This document shows positions 38,337-48,666 of a stretch of DNA of 64,000 nucleotides, piece by piece. A program made the translations under genes and the position numbers. The number at the start of each line of letters is the position of its first letter. Positions within the stretch are counted from its first letter, which is position 1. A model generated the notes under the pieces. It ran no database searches. It saw only the letters and a list, made by a program, of their open reading frames with translations, and was not told where the DNA came from. The DNA is from Acidimicrobiia bacterium (GTDB lineage: Bacteria; Actinomycetota; Acidimicrobiia; Spongiisociales; ZC4RG35): NCBI GenBank assembly GCA_035305585.1, contig DATGOV010000028.1, forward strand, positions 19,524 to 83,523, given 5' to 3'.

Positions 38337-39473
38337 TCACAGTCCGGTCGTCGTGTCGACGATCAGGTGGTCGACGACCTTCTCCAGAGCCTCACGGCTC
38401 GACGCTCCCTCTTCGAGGGCGCGGTGGTAGACGTCGAGCTGGCGGCGGGCACTGGTGCCCTCCTTGGCGATCGTGCGTATGTGGGACACCTCTTCGGTGA
38501 TCCCCAGGCGGCGGGCGTCGACTTCGGTGAGCACGAGGAGTTCTTCTACCAGATCTCGGAACTCCACCAATTCGCCGCGGCCGAAGTCCATGAGGCTCCC
38601 CTCCACCCCATAGCGCTGGGCGCGCCACATGTTCTCGGAGATCAGCATCGGCGCGTACGTGCGCCACCGCTTGTTCTCGGTGCGCAGCCGGAAGAGCATC
38701 TCGAGCAAGGCCAGATAGAGGCCGGCGACGGCGATCCCGTCGAGGAGCCGCGTGCAGATGTCGGCCACCCTCATCTCGAGCGTCGGATAGCGATGCGACG
38801 GGCGGATGTCCCACCACAGCTTGGTGGCGTCCTCGATGATCCCGGCGTCGACGAGGACCTTCACGTGGCGCTCGTACTCCGACCAGGAGTTGAACTCCTC
38901 AGGGACACCCGTGCGCGGCATCGTCTGGAAGACGGAGAGGCGATAGCACTGGAGGCCGGTCTCCCTTCCGGTCCAGAACGGCGATGAGGTCGACAACGCC
39001 AGCATGTGGGGGAGGAAGTAGCGGACTTGGTTCATCAAGTCGATCCGCAGGTCCGGGTCGTCGATGCCGACGTGGACGTGCATCCCGCAGATGACGAGCC
39101 GGCGGGCCACCTGCTGGAAGTCGGTGGCTAGTTGCTTGTAGCGGGCGTCGTCGGTGTGGGTCTGGTCCCACCACTGGGCGAACGGGTGGGTGGAGGAGGC
39201 GATGATGGCGGCGCCGAACTCCTCGACGACCGCCGATAGCTCGCGTCGTAGCCGGGCCAGGTCGGAGTGGGCTTCCTGGAGGGTGCGACTCGTACGCGTG
39301 CCGACTTCGATCTGCGCTTTGAGGAACTCGGGCCCGACCTGGGGCCCCAACACGTCGCGCAGCCCGTCCCACAACCTCGGGTCCGGGTCGGAGACCAGGT
39401 CTCGTGTCGTCCGGTCGACGAGCAGGTACTCCTCTTCTATCCCGATGGTGAACGGGGGGTGTTTGACGGCCAT
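38337..39473 (-). CDS. carboxylate-amine ligase, glutamate-cysteine ligase family 2 (YbdK-like)
   Basis: GCS2 signature FTIGIEEEYLLVD... Confidence 0.85.
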   Translation of the reverse strand: MAVKHPPFTIGIEEEYLLVDRTTRDLVSDPDPRLWDGLRDVLGPQVGPEFLKAQIEVGTRTSRTLQEAHSDLARLRRELSAVVEEFGAAIIASSTHPFAQWWDQTHTDDARYKQLATDFQQVARRLVICGMHVHVGIDDPDLRIDLMNQVRYFLPHMLALSTSSPFWTGRETGLQCYRLSVFQTMPRTGVPEEFNSWSEYERHVKVLVDAGIIEDATKLWWDIRPSHRYPTLEMRVADICTRLLDGIAVAGLYLALLEMLFRLRTENKRWRTYAPMLISENMWRAQRYGVEGSLMDFGRGELVEFRDLVEELLVLTEVDARRLGITEEVSHIRTIAKEGTSARRQLDVYHRALEEGASSREALEKVVDHLIVDTTTGL

Positions 39474-39500
39474 CGTTCCTCGGTTCCCACCGGCGTCACC

Positions 39501-40106
39501 CTACTGCGAGCCGAGCACCACTCGGCGGCTGTTCTCGACGTCGGTGCGGACCCAGCAGTCGGCCAGGTGGTCGTTGACCAAGCCCATCGCCTGCATGAAC
39601 GAGTAGACCGTGGTGGGGCCGACGAACGTCCATCCACGGCGTTTCAGGTCCCCGGCGAGGGCGGCGGAGGCCGGCGTGGTCGCCGGGATCGTCACGGGGG
39701 CGGGAGAGGGGGGATCGGCGTACTGCCAGAAGAAGGCGGCCAGGGACCCATACTCGGCGCGCAGCTCGAGGGCGCGGGCGGCGTTGTTGATCACAGACCG
39801 GATCTTCCCGCCGTGGCGGACGATGCCGGGGTCGGACAGGAGACGTTCCACGTCGGTGTCGTCGAAGCGGGCGACTCGCTCGGGGTCGAATCCGGCGAAC
39901 GCCTCGCGGAACGCCTCGCGCTTGCGGAGGATCGTCAGCCAGGACAGGCCCGATTGGAAGCCCTCTAGGCACAGCTTCTCGAACAGGCGCCGGTCGTCCG
40001 TGACGGCGAACCCCCACTCGGTGTCGTGGTAGGCCCGGTAGATCTCGAGTTCGGCTCCCCACCAGCATCGGCGCTCGCCGTCTGGACCCACCACCGTCTC
40101 GTGCAT
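39501..40106 (-). CDS. tag: DNA-3-methyladenine glycosylase I
   Basis: Tag family pattern. Start taken at the internal ATG (MHETVVG...). Confidence 0.85.
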   Translation of the reverse strand: MHETVVGPDGERRCWWGAELEIYRAYHDTEWGFAVTDDRRLFEKLCLEGFQSGLSWLTILRKREAFREAFAGFDPERVARFDDTDVERLLSDPGIVRHGGKIRSVINNAARALELRAEYGSLAAFFWQYADPPSPAPVTIPATTPASAALAGDLKRRGWTFVGPTTVYSFMQAMGLVNDHLADCWVRTDVENSRRVVLGSQ

Positions 40107-40171
40107 GCCGAGAAGTATGCCGCCCCCATGTGACGATCCACAGGCGCTTCGGATGCGTAGGGTCGGGCGTG

Positions 40172-41689
40172 ATGGCAAGAAGATTCCACGCCGTCGCCGG
40201 CGCGCTGGGCGCGGCCACGTCTCTGGCCGTGTCCGAACTGGCGGCGGGGGTCTTCCCCTCGTTCCCGTCGCTCGTCGAAGAGGTGGGCGACGTGGTAGTG
40301 GACAACGTTCCCGCCGGCGTGAAGGACTGGGCGATCGCCACGTTCGGCACCTACGACAAGCCGGTGCTGCTCGCCGGCATCGTCGTCGTCGCCTTCTTGG
40401 CGGGGGCGCTGGTGGGGGCGGCCTCGGGGCGCCGTCGGTGGTTGGCGACAGTCGTCTTCTGGGGGTTCGGGGCGTTGGCCGCGGCGGCGGCGATCGTCGA
40501 AAGGGCGAGTCCTCTCGGGGCGATCTTCGCCGGCGCGGTGGCGGCAGCCGCGGGCCGAGCCGTCCACTCCTGGCTGGCCCGCCGAGCGGACGCCGTGCGG
40601 GACGGCGAGGGCTACGACCCCAGCCGGAGGTCGTTCCTCGTTGGCGCGGGAGCGACAGTGGCGGTGGTCGTTCTCTCGGCCGGTGCCGGCCGACTCCTGC
40701 TCGACCGGGCCCGACGCATCGTGGCAGGACGGGAATCGGTCGTGCTGCCCTCAGCGGTGTCTCCTGTGCCGGTGCCGCCTCCTGCAGCCTCGTTCCCCGC
40801 GGCAGGCCTGAGTCCCCTGATCACGCCCAACGAGGACTTCTACCGGATCGACACCGCACTCTCGGTTCCCAGAGTCGACCTGTCGGCCTGGCGGCTTCGG
40901 ATCAGCGGGATGGTCGACCGGCCGTACGAGCTCACTTTCGATCAGCTCCTGAATACGGACCTGGTGGAGAGGTACGTGACTCTCGCTTGCGTCTCCAATG
41001 AGGTGGGAGGTGACCTGGTCGGAAACGCCGCCTGGCTCGGGGTGCCGCTCGCCGACGTCCTCGACAAGGCCGGTGTTCAGCCGGACGCGTCCCAAGTGGT
41101 GGGCCGCTCGGTCGACGGGTTCACGGTGGGCTTTCCGACCGAGGTGGTGTTCGACGGGAGGGATGCCCTGGTGGCGGTGGGGATGAACGGGGAGCCGCTT
41201 CCGTTGGAGCACGGCTTTCCCGCTCGTCTCGTCGTGGCCGGGCTGTACGGATACGTGTCGGCGACGAAGTGGCTCGCAGAGATCGAGCTGACCACTTGGG
41301 ATGCCTTCGACGCCTACTGGGTGCCTCGGGGATGGGCGAAGGAAGGCCCGGTCAAGACACAGTCCCGCATCGACACGCCGCGGGCAGGAGACCGCCTCAC
41401 ACCGGGGGAGCAGGTCATCGCCGGCGTCGCCTGGGCGCCCAACACCGGGATCGAACGGGTCGAGGTCCAGATCGACGACGAGCCCTGGGTCGAAGCCGAG
41501 CTGGCCGAGCCGCTCGGGATCGGTGCCTGGAGGCAATGGCGGCTCGCCTGGACAGCCCGACCCGGTCGCCATGTGCTGAAAGTCAGGGCGACCGACCGCA
41601 ACGGCGTGACCCAGACCGAAGACCGGGCCCCACCCGCCCCCGACGGGGCGACCGGGTGGCACACCGTGCGGGTGCGAGTGGAGGCCTAG
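40172..41689 (+). CDS. molybdopterin-dependent oxidoreductase (sulfite-oxidase/YedY fold) with N-terminal polytopic membrane domain and internal Tat-like motif
   Basis: Moco-binding region (...LACVSNEVGG...GMNGEPLP...HGFPARLVVAG...). N-terminal 4-5 TM helices. Internal SRRSFLVGAGA motif. Confidence 0.75.
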   Translation: MARRFHAVAGALGAATSLAVSELAAGVFPSFPSLVEEVGDVVVDNVPAGVKDWAIATFGTYDKPVLLAGIVVVAFLAGALVGAASGRRRWLATVVFWGFGALAAAAAIVERASPLGAIFAGAVAAAAGRAVHSWLARRADAVRDGEGYDPSRRSFLVGAGATVAVVVLSAGAGRLLLDRARRIVAGRESVVLPSAVSPVPVPPPAASFPAAGLSPLITPNEDFYRIDTALSVPRVDLSAWRLRISGMVDRPYELTFDQLLNTDLVERYVTLACVSNEVGGDLVGNAAWLGVPLADVLDKAGVQPDASQVVGRSVDGFTVGFPTEVVFDGRDALVAVGMNGEPLPLEHGFPARLVVAGLYGYVSATKWLAEIELTTWDAFDAYWVPRGWAKEGPVKTQSRIDTPRAGDRLTPGEQVIAGVAWAPNTGIERVEVQIDDEPWVEAELAEPLGIGAWRQWRLAWTARPGRHVLKVRATDRNGVTQTEDRAPPAPDGATGWHTVRVRVEA

Positions 41690-41692
41690 GCG

Positions 41693-42673
41693 TCACTTGG
41701 CGTCGACCGCACTGAGGGCCCACGCCAGGCCCTCGGCGGGCGACTCCACTGCCACCTGCAGGATCCAGCCCGTTTCGGGCGAGCCATCGGTCCACAGGTA
41801 CCAGGACAGCTTTGCGATCTCTCCACCCAACTCGTCGGGGTCGACCGGCCATTCGAGTCCGGCGATCTCGTGGGCGGCCCACCATGCGGAGAACCGGCCG
41901 GCGGCGGCTCCTCGACGCCGGGCATAGGCCCCGCCGCTGGCGGCGGCCCATGCCAGCCATGCCATCGCGTCGGCGGACGTCACCTCGTCGAACCCGGCGC
42001 GTCGAACGCCGAGGGCGGCCACCGCGGCGCGTACGCCCCCTTCGACGCAGACGGCTTGGGCCCGTCCGTTGGAAGATGCCACCCAGTGCTCGACGACTCC
42101 CAACAGGGCGGATACCGATTCCGAGTCCTCGACGACCTCTCCGGCCGCGTTGTCGAGCTCCTTGGGCCGGAACGAAGGACGGGGAGGCGACGGAGCCTCC
42201 ACCCGGTCCGGCTCGTACGTAGCCAGCGGATATCTCGGCTCCCATTCCTGCAGGCACAGGGGCAGTTCCAGGACGGGGGTGTCGACTTCGATCTCCCGCA
42301 GGTCCTCTCCTCGGAGGACCCGTTCGTTGGCGACCATCGTCCGCTCCGGCGTCGGTTCGAGGTAGGGCTCGAGATCCGCCCACGTCTTGGTGGATGCGGC
42401 GACCTCGGGGAGGGGGCCCAACGTGAACCGGCTCGGGCCTTCCGAGACCACGGGACCGGCCCACTCACCGGGGGCGTCGAGTGCCAGCCGGTAGCGGACG
42501 TACTCGGAGATCCCCCACAGTTGTTTGCCGCGGGTCACCGCCTCGTCACAGCGCCGGCGCAGCGCCACCAGCGCCTCCCAGTCCCGCGATTCGGCATACC
42601 CGTCGACGATCCGCACCAGGGCGTCGGTGTCGGACGCCTCTATCGCCTCGAGGGTCCGTTCGTCTACGACCAT
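41693..42673 (-). CDS. conserved hypothetical protein (326 aa, Trp/Ala-rich C-terminus)
   Basis: Long ORF with coding-like composition. No recognisable domain. Confidence 0.5.
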   Translation of the reverse strand: MVVDERTLEAIEASDTDALVRIVDGYAESRDWEALVALRRRCDEAVTRGKQLWGISEYVRYRLALDAPGEWAGPVVSEGPSRFTLGPLPEVAASTKTWADLEPYLEPTPERTMVANERVLRGEDLREIEVDTPVLELPLCLQEWEPRYPLATYEPDRVEAPSPPRPSFRPKELDNAAGEVVEDSESVSALLGVVEHWVASSNGRAQAVCVEGGVRAAVAALGVRRAGFDEVTSADAMAWLAWAAASGGAYARRRGAAAGRFSAWWAAHEIAGLEWPVDPDELGGEIAKLSWYLWTDGSPETGWILQVAVESPAEGLAWALSAVDAK

Positions 42674-42689
42674 CGGCGACCGGGGACCC

Positions 42690-42914
42690 TCACGACCCGT
42701 TCCGGCGGAAGAAGAGGTTGAGAACGATGGTGAGGACTACGGACAGGAGGATCATGGACGTGATCGGGAAGTAGAAAGAGCTGCGCTCGCCCTCGTGGCG
42801 GATGTCTCCGGGGAGATTGCCGAACCAGCTCAGGAGCCACGGCGCCCAACGCAGGACGGCCCCGATGGCGACGATGGCCAGTCCGATCCACATCAGCACG
42901 GTTCCGGTTCTCAT
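42690..42914 (-). CDS. DUF2905-family small membrane protein
   Basis: 74 aa with a GNLPGDI motif typical of DUF2905. It is the C-terminal part of the track ORF 42690..43823. Confidence 0.55.
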   Translation of the reverse strand: MRTGTVLMWIGLAIVAIGAVLRWAPWLLSWFGNLPGDIRHEGERSSFYFPITSMILLSVVLTIVLNLFFRRNGS

Positions 42915-42944
42915 CTCGGCTCGATGGTAGGGAAGCCACCTACA

Positions 42945-43790
42945 GTGGAGAACGTGAAGCTCCACCTCATCGACGGCACCTTCGAGCTGTTCCGTGCCTT
43001 CTACGGGCGAAAGGACACACGACTGGCGCCCGACGGTACCGACGTCAACGCCGTCCACGGGGTGCTCACGGGGACCCTCGCCTTGCTGGAGAACCCGGAC
43101 GTGACCCACGTCGCGGCCGCCTTCGACACCGTGATCGAGTCTTTCCGCAACGACCTCTTCGATGGCTACAAGACGGGTGAGGGCGTCGATCCGGCTCTCC
43201 TCGCCCAGTTCCCGATCGCCGAGGAAGCCTTGGCTGCAGCCGGGATCACCGTCTGGGGAATGGTGGAGTACGAGGCGGACGACGCCATCGCCACTGCGGC
43301 CCTGAGATGGATGGATGAATTCGACCAGATCGTGCTGTGCAGCCCCGACAAGGACCTGATGCAGTGTGTCGTGGGAGACAGGGTCGTCGTGTGGGATCGG
43401 ATGCGCGACCGGTGGTTCGACGAGGAGGCCGTGGTCGAGAAGTTCGGCGTGCATCCCGAGTCGATCCCCGACTACCTCGCGTTGGTGGGGGACTCTGCCG
43501 ACGGAGTGCCCGGACTGCCCGGCTGGGGAGCCAAATCCACGGCCACGGTGCTCCGCCGCTACGGACGTCTCGAGATGATCCCCGACGACGAGCGCGACTG
43601 GGACGTCACGGTGAGAGGGGCGGTGAAGCTCGCCTCGGTGCTGCGGGAGAACCGGGAGACGGCGCTGCTGTACCGGACGCTGACCACTCTGCGCCGAGAC
43701 GTCCCCCTGAAAGAGAGCGTCGACGATCTCCGGTGGAAGGGCGTGAAAGAGCCCGACTACACCGCGCTCTGTGAGCGTCTCGGCTTCTGA
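42945..43790 (+). CDS. 5'-3' exonuclease (standalone FEN / Pol I N-terminal-like)
   Basis: Acidic metal-binding residues and a helix-hairpin-helix region (LALVGDSADGVPGLPGWGAKSTATV). GTG start at 42945. Confidence 0.85.
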   Translation: MENVKLHLIDGTFELFRAFYGRKDTRLAPDGTDVNAVHGVLTGTLALLENPDVTHVAAAFDTVIESFRNDLFDGYKTGEGVDPALLAQFPIAEEALAAAGITVWGMVEYEADDAIATAALRWMDEFDQIVLCSPDKDLMQCVVGDRVVVWDRMRDRWFDEEAVVEKFGVHPESIPDYLALVGDSADGVPGLPGWGAKSTATVLRRYGRLEMIPDDERDWDVTVRGAVKLASVLRENRETALLYRTLTTLRRDVPLKESVDDLRWKGVKEPDYTALCERLGF

Positions 43791-43809
43791 CATCTGCGGG
43801 ATCTCGACG

Positions 43810-44550
43810 GTGCGCAGGCACACCGTCGAGATCCGCTTCTACGCCGAACTGCGCCTCTTCGTCGACTCGCCGGACGGACGCGTCGTGTGCAGCTTCGACG
43901 TGTCGCCGAGCGTGAAAGCCCTCATCGAGTCTTGCGGTGTGCCTCACACCGAGGTGGACCTGATCTTGGTCGACGGCGAATCGGTCGACTTCTCCCATCG
44001 GATCGAAGGCGGGGAGCGGATCAGCGTCTATCCGGTGTTCGAGTCCTTCGACATCTCGCCCCTCAGCCGTCTCCGCCCGCGTCCTCTGCGGGAGCCGCGC
44101 TTCGTCGCCGACGGGCACCTCGGGCTCCTGGCGAGGTACCTGCGGCTCCTCGGGTTCGACACGTGCTACGACGCCGATGCCGACGCCCCGGGTCTCGTCG
44201 AGGCGTCGGTGAGCGAGCGTCGGCTCCTCCTCACCCGCGATGTGGAGCTCCTCGAGCACGGCCGCTTGACCCACGGGTACTACGTCCGGGCCACCGACCC
44301 TCGGGAGCAGGTGCTGGAAATCGTCGGCCGGTTCCATCTCGAGTCGGCGATCGCCCCCTTCACACGGTGCGCGGCCTGCAACGGATCGATAGCGCCGGTC
44401 GCCAAATCCGAGGTCGCCCATCTGCTCCCCGAAGCGGTGCGCGGCGAGCAGCAGAGGGTCTGGCGCTGCGGGGGCTGCGGAGAGCTCTATTGGAGGGGTT
44501 CGCACTTCGAGCGCCTGTTCAGCCTCGTAGAGGCGGCGCGCAACGCCTGA
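43810..44550 (+). CDS. Mut7-C RNase domain protein (ubiquitin-like N-domain, PIN-like nuclease, C-terminal zinc ribbon)
   Basis: Mut7-C/DUF82 pattern with C-terminal C..C....C..C. Start is ambiguous: GTG 43771 overlaps the exonuclease gene by 20 nt; GTG 43810 lies downstream of it. Confidence 0.65.
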   Translation: MRRHTVEIRFYAELRLFVDSPDGRVVCSFDVSPSVKALIESCGVPHTEVDLILVDGESVDFSHRIEGGERISVYPVFESFDISPLSRLRPRPLREPRFVADGHLGLLARYLRLLGFDTCYDADADAPGLVEASVSERRLLLTRDVELLEHGRLTHGYYVRATDPREQVLEIVGRFHLESAIAPFTRCAACNGSIAPVAKSEVAHLLPEAVRGEQQRVWRCGGCGELYWRGSHFERLFSLVEAARNA

Positions 44551-44561
44551 TCCCGGATCGC

Positions 44562-45989
44562 CTAGAGCCAGCGTTGGATGGCGGACAGCGCGGCCAGGTG
44601 GCCGCTCATTCCATGAACCCCGCCACCCGGCGGTGTGGACGACGAGCAGAGAAAAACCCGGTCCAGGGGTGTCGTGTACGGGTCGATCCGTCGGGCCGGA
44701 CGAAACAGGAGCTGGGGGATGGTGTGGGCCCCGCCGGCGATGTCACCTCCCACGAGGTTCGGGTTCATCGCCTCGAGGTCGCTCGGAGTGTGGACCCGGC
44801 GGGCGGCGACGACGTCGGGAAATCCGGGCGCCAGCTCTGTGATGAGCCTCTCGATCGCACCGAGGTGGTCGGAGGTCGACCCGTGGGGCACGTGGGCGTA
44901 GACCCACAGGGCGTGGTGAGCGTCGCTCGACCGGGTCGGGTCGAAGAGAGTCGGTTGTGATACGAGGGTGAACGGCCGGCTGGCGTCGCGCCCTGCCCAT
45001 GTGGCCGACTCGGCGGCGGCGATCGCCGCCGCGGTGCCTCCCAGGTGGAGGGTCCCTGCTCGGGCCAAGTCCGGGTTGGTCCACGGCACCGGCTCGGTGA
45101 GGGCGTAGTCGACCTTGTAGACGGCCGGCCCGTGCCGGAAACGGCGGTAGGGGCGCAGGAATTCGTCGGGCACGTGGTCGGACAGCAAACCGGCGAGGGC
45201 GCCTGGCGAGACGTCGCAGAGAACGACTCGCGAGCGGGGCAGATCCGACAGCTGCTGGACGAACCGGCCTGTCTCGACCTGGCCGCCGAGGCTCTTCAGA
45301 TACGAGACCATGGCGTCGGCCAGAGCCTGGGATCCACCCTTGGCGAACGGCCAGCCGAAGCGGTGGCCGGCCGCCATGAGCGTGATGCCGAACGCCGAGG
45401 TCAGCGGGCGGTTGAGCGGGATGAAGGCGTGTGCTGCGCAGCCGGCGAAGAGAGCAGCGGCCTCGTCGGTTCGAAACCGTCGGGCCGTGGTCGTGGCGGG
45501 CAGCAGTGCCTTGAGCCCGAATCGGACCACGGCCAGCGGATGACGGGGCCAGCGGAGGATCGGCCCCAGGACGGCATCCTCTATCTCGTCCCACATCTCG
45601 ACCACCGATCCGACCGTCTGCCGGTAGCGGGTGGCGTCGTCACCCAGACCGGAAGCGGTGTCGTCGACCGAGCGGTGCAGCAGAGCGGCTCGCTCCGGTC
45701 CCAGGGGGTGGGCGAGCATCACGTCGGGATGGACCCATTCGAGGCCGTGCTCCTCCAACGGCAGGGAACGGAGGAACGGGGAACCTGCTCCGAGCACGTG
45801 GACCGTCGAGCACACGTCGTGGAGCAGTCCCGGCACGGTCAGCTCGGCGCTGCGGAGCCCTCCTCCCACCGTATCCGCCCCCTCGACGACGAGCACCGAG
45901 CCGCCGTGGCGGGCGATGGTGATGGCGGCGGCGAGGCCGTTGGGCCCCGACCCGATGATCACTGCGTCGAGCTCTCCGCCTGCCGTCAC
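44562..45989 (-). CDS. phytoene-desaturase-family NAD(P)/FAD-dependent oxidoreductase
   Basis: GSGPNGLAAA dinucleotide-binding motif and a CrtI-like pattern. Confidence 0.8.
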   Translation of the reverse strand: MTAGGELDAVIIGSGPNGLAAAITIARHGGSVLVVEGADTVGGGLRSAELTVPGLLHDVCSTVHVLGAGSPFLRSLPLEEHGLEWVHPDVMLAHPLGPERAALLHRSVDDTASGLGDDATRYRQTVGSVVEMWDEIEDAVLGPILRWPRHPLAVVRFGLKALLPATTTARRFRTDEAAALFAGCAAHAFIPLNRPLTSAFGITLMAAGHRFGWPFAKGGSQALADAMVSYLKSLGGQVETGRFVQQLSDLPRSRVVLCDVSPGALAGLLSDHVPDEFLRPYRRFRHGPAVYKVDYALTEPVPWTNPDLARAGTLHLGGTAAAIAAAESATWAGRDASRPFTLVSQPTLFDPTRSSDAHHALWVYAHVPHGSTSDHLGAIERLITELAPGFPDVVAARRVHTPSDLEAMNPNLVGGDIAGGAHTIPQLLFRPARRIDPYTTPLDRVFLCSSSTPPGGGVHGMSGHLAALSAIQRWL

Positions 45990-46147
45990 TCCTCAGGCTC
46001 CCACACGAGGTCCCAACGATCGTTGCAGTCCGAGCAACGGTAGGAGAGCACCGTGCCCGGCTCCAGTGGCTCGTCCTCGGGGAGATACGTGATCAGGTGG
46101 CAGTCACCGCCGCAATCCACGCACGTGATCGACTCCGCAGCGATCAC
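45986..46147 (-). CDS. 53-aa zinc-ribbon micro-protein (not in ORF track), coupled between nhaA and the CrtI-like gene
   Basis: GTG start overlaps the nhaA stop (GTGA) and its TGA overlaps the GTG of the downstream gene (GTGA). Peptide MIAAESITCVDCGGDCHLITYLPEDEPLEPGTVLSYRCSDCNDRWDLVWEPEE has two CxxC pairs. Confidence 0.45.
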   Translation of the reverse strand: MIAAESITCVDCGGDCHLITYLPEDEPLEPGTVLSYRCSDCNDRWDLVWEPEE

Positions 46148-47523
46148 GTGGAGACGGGAACCGGTTCCGGTTCGGTCTCGGGAACGGGAGCTCGGGTCGA
46201 GAGGAGGATCGCGGTTCCCGCCAGCGCGGCGATGATCGAGGCGGCGAAGATCCCGACCTTGGCCACATCACCCATTCGAGGGTCGCTGAACGCCAGAGCG
46301 GTCACGAACAGGGCGACGGTGAATCCGATACCGGCGACCATGCCGAGGCCGACGATGTGTCCCCAGTTCGTTCCGGTGGGCAGCTTGCCGACCCGCAAGC
46401 GCACTGCCAGCCAGGTGAACAGCGTGATGCCGATCGGCTTGCCCAACAGCAGGCCGAGTCCGACACCCAGCGACACGGGATGAGTGATGAGGTCGGCCAC
46501 GTCGGTCCCGGCGAACGAGACACCGGCGTTGGCCAGTGCGAACAGGGGGATCACGAAGAACGAGGACCACGGGAGCATCTTGTGTTCGAGGCGCGTGAGC
46601 GGCGAGGCCGACTCGCGGGAGATCTCGGTGAGGAGCATCGCCTCGTGCTCGGCGTGCTGTTGGTCTTCGATCGTGTCGCCCAGGGGGTACATGTCGAGGA
46701 TCTGGCGGGCCTTCTCGTCGAGCTCACGGGCCGAGTACATGGGACGTGCCGGAGTGAGGAGCCCCAGGGCAACGCCGGCCAACGTGGCGTGGACACCGGA
46801 CTTCAGCAGGGCGAACCAGATCACGAGGGCCACCGGCCAGTAGAAGGCGAGCGAGCGGATCCCGACTCGTTGGGCAATGGCGACCGCGACCAGTCCTCCT
46901 ATCGCGCCGGCCAGCCATGCCATGCTCAAGTCCGACGTGTAGAAGAAGGCGATCACCAGGATGGCGCCGATGTCGTCGGCGATCGCCAGCGCCAGGATGA
47001 AGAGCTTCCCGGCCGCGGGGACCTTTCGGCCGAGAAGAGAGAGCACTCCGACGGCGAAAGCGATGTCGGTCGCCATCGGGATCCCCCATCCGCTCTCGGC
47101 TCCGGGGGTGCCTCCGGCCAAGGCCACGTAGATCAGGGCGGGAACCACCATGCCGCCCACGGCGGCCATCACGGGAAGCGCCGCCACCCGGGGATCCCGC
47201 AACTCGCCGAGCACCAGCTCTCGCTTTATCTCGAGGCCCACCACGAAGAAGAAGATCGCCATGAGGCCGTCGTTGACCATGTGGCCGAACGATTCCTCGA
47301 GTTGGATCGGGCCGAACTGCAGCTCCACCACCCATTCCTCGAAGAGGTGGAAGTAGCTGTCGGCGAGCGGCGAGTTGGCCCACACCAACGCCACCGCTGC
47401 GGCCACGAGGAGGACGACCCCCGAGGCGGCTTCGATCTGGGTGAAGCGCTTGAAAGGTTGGACGAAGACGCGGGGGACGAACCGGTTGGAGTTCGCCCAT
47501 GTCGAGTGGCGTTGGTCGTTCAT
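46144..47523 (-). CDS. nhaA: Na+/H+ antiporter NhaA
   Basis: 459 aa NhaA family pattern. Confidence 0.9.
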   Translation of the reverse strand: MNDQRHSTWANSNRFVPRVFVQPFKRFTQIEAASGVVLLVAAAVALVWANSPLADSYFHLFEEWVVELQFGPIQLEESFGHMVNDGLMAIFFFVVGLEIKRELVLGELRDPRVAALPVMAAVGGMVVPALIYVALAGGTPGAESGWGIPMATDIAFAVGVLSLLGRKVPAAGKLFILALAIADDIGAILVIAFFYTSDLSMAWLAGAIGGLVAVAIAQRVGIRSLAFYWPVALVIWFALLKSGVHATLAGVALGLLTPARPMYSARELDEKARQILDMYPLGDTIEDQQHAEHEAMLLTEISRESASPLTRLEHKMLPWSSFFVIPLFALANAGVSFAGTDVADLITHPVSLGVGLGLLLGKPIGITLFTWLAVRLRVGKLPTGTNWGHIVGLGMVAGIGFTVALFVTALAFSDPRMGDVAKVGIFAASIIAALAGTAILLSTRAPVPETEPEPVPVST

Positions 47524-47538
47524 GGTTGGCTCACATGG

Positions 47539-48567
<1,029 letters not shown>

Positions 48568-48666
48568 GGTCCCTCCTGTTTTGTGGTTTTCTCCGACGCT
48601 AGCGGTCCCCCGAATCGACGGTTGCCGACTCGCTGTCAGAACCCATCGGGCTTATGGTCCCGGCCC

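Noticed and set aside
42690-43823. 377-aa minus-strand ORF.
   Set aside because: Antisense to the 5'-3' exonuclease gene. Only the C-terminal 74-aa DUF2905 protein is plausible.
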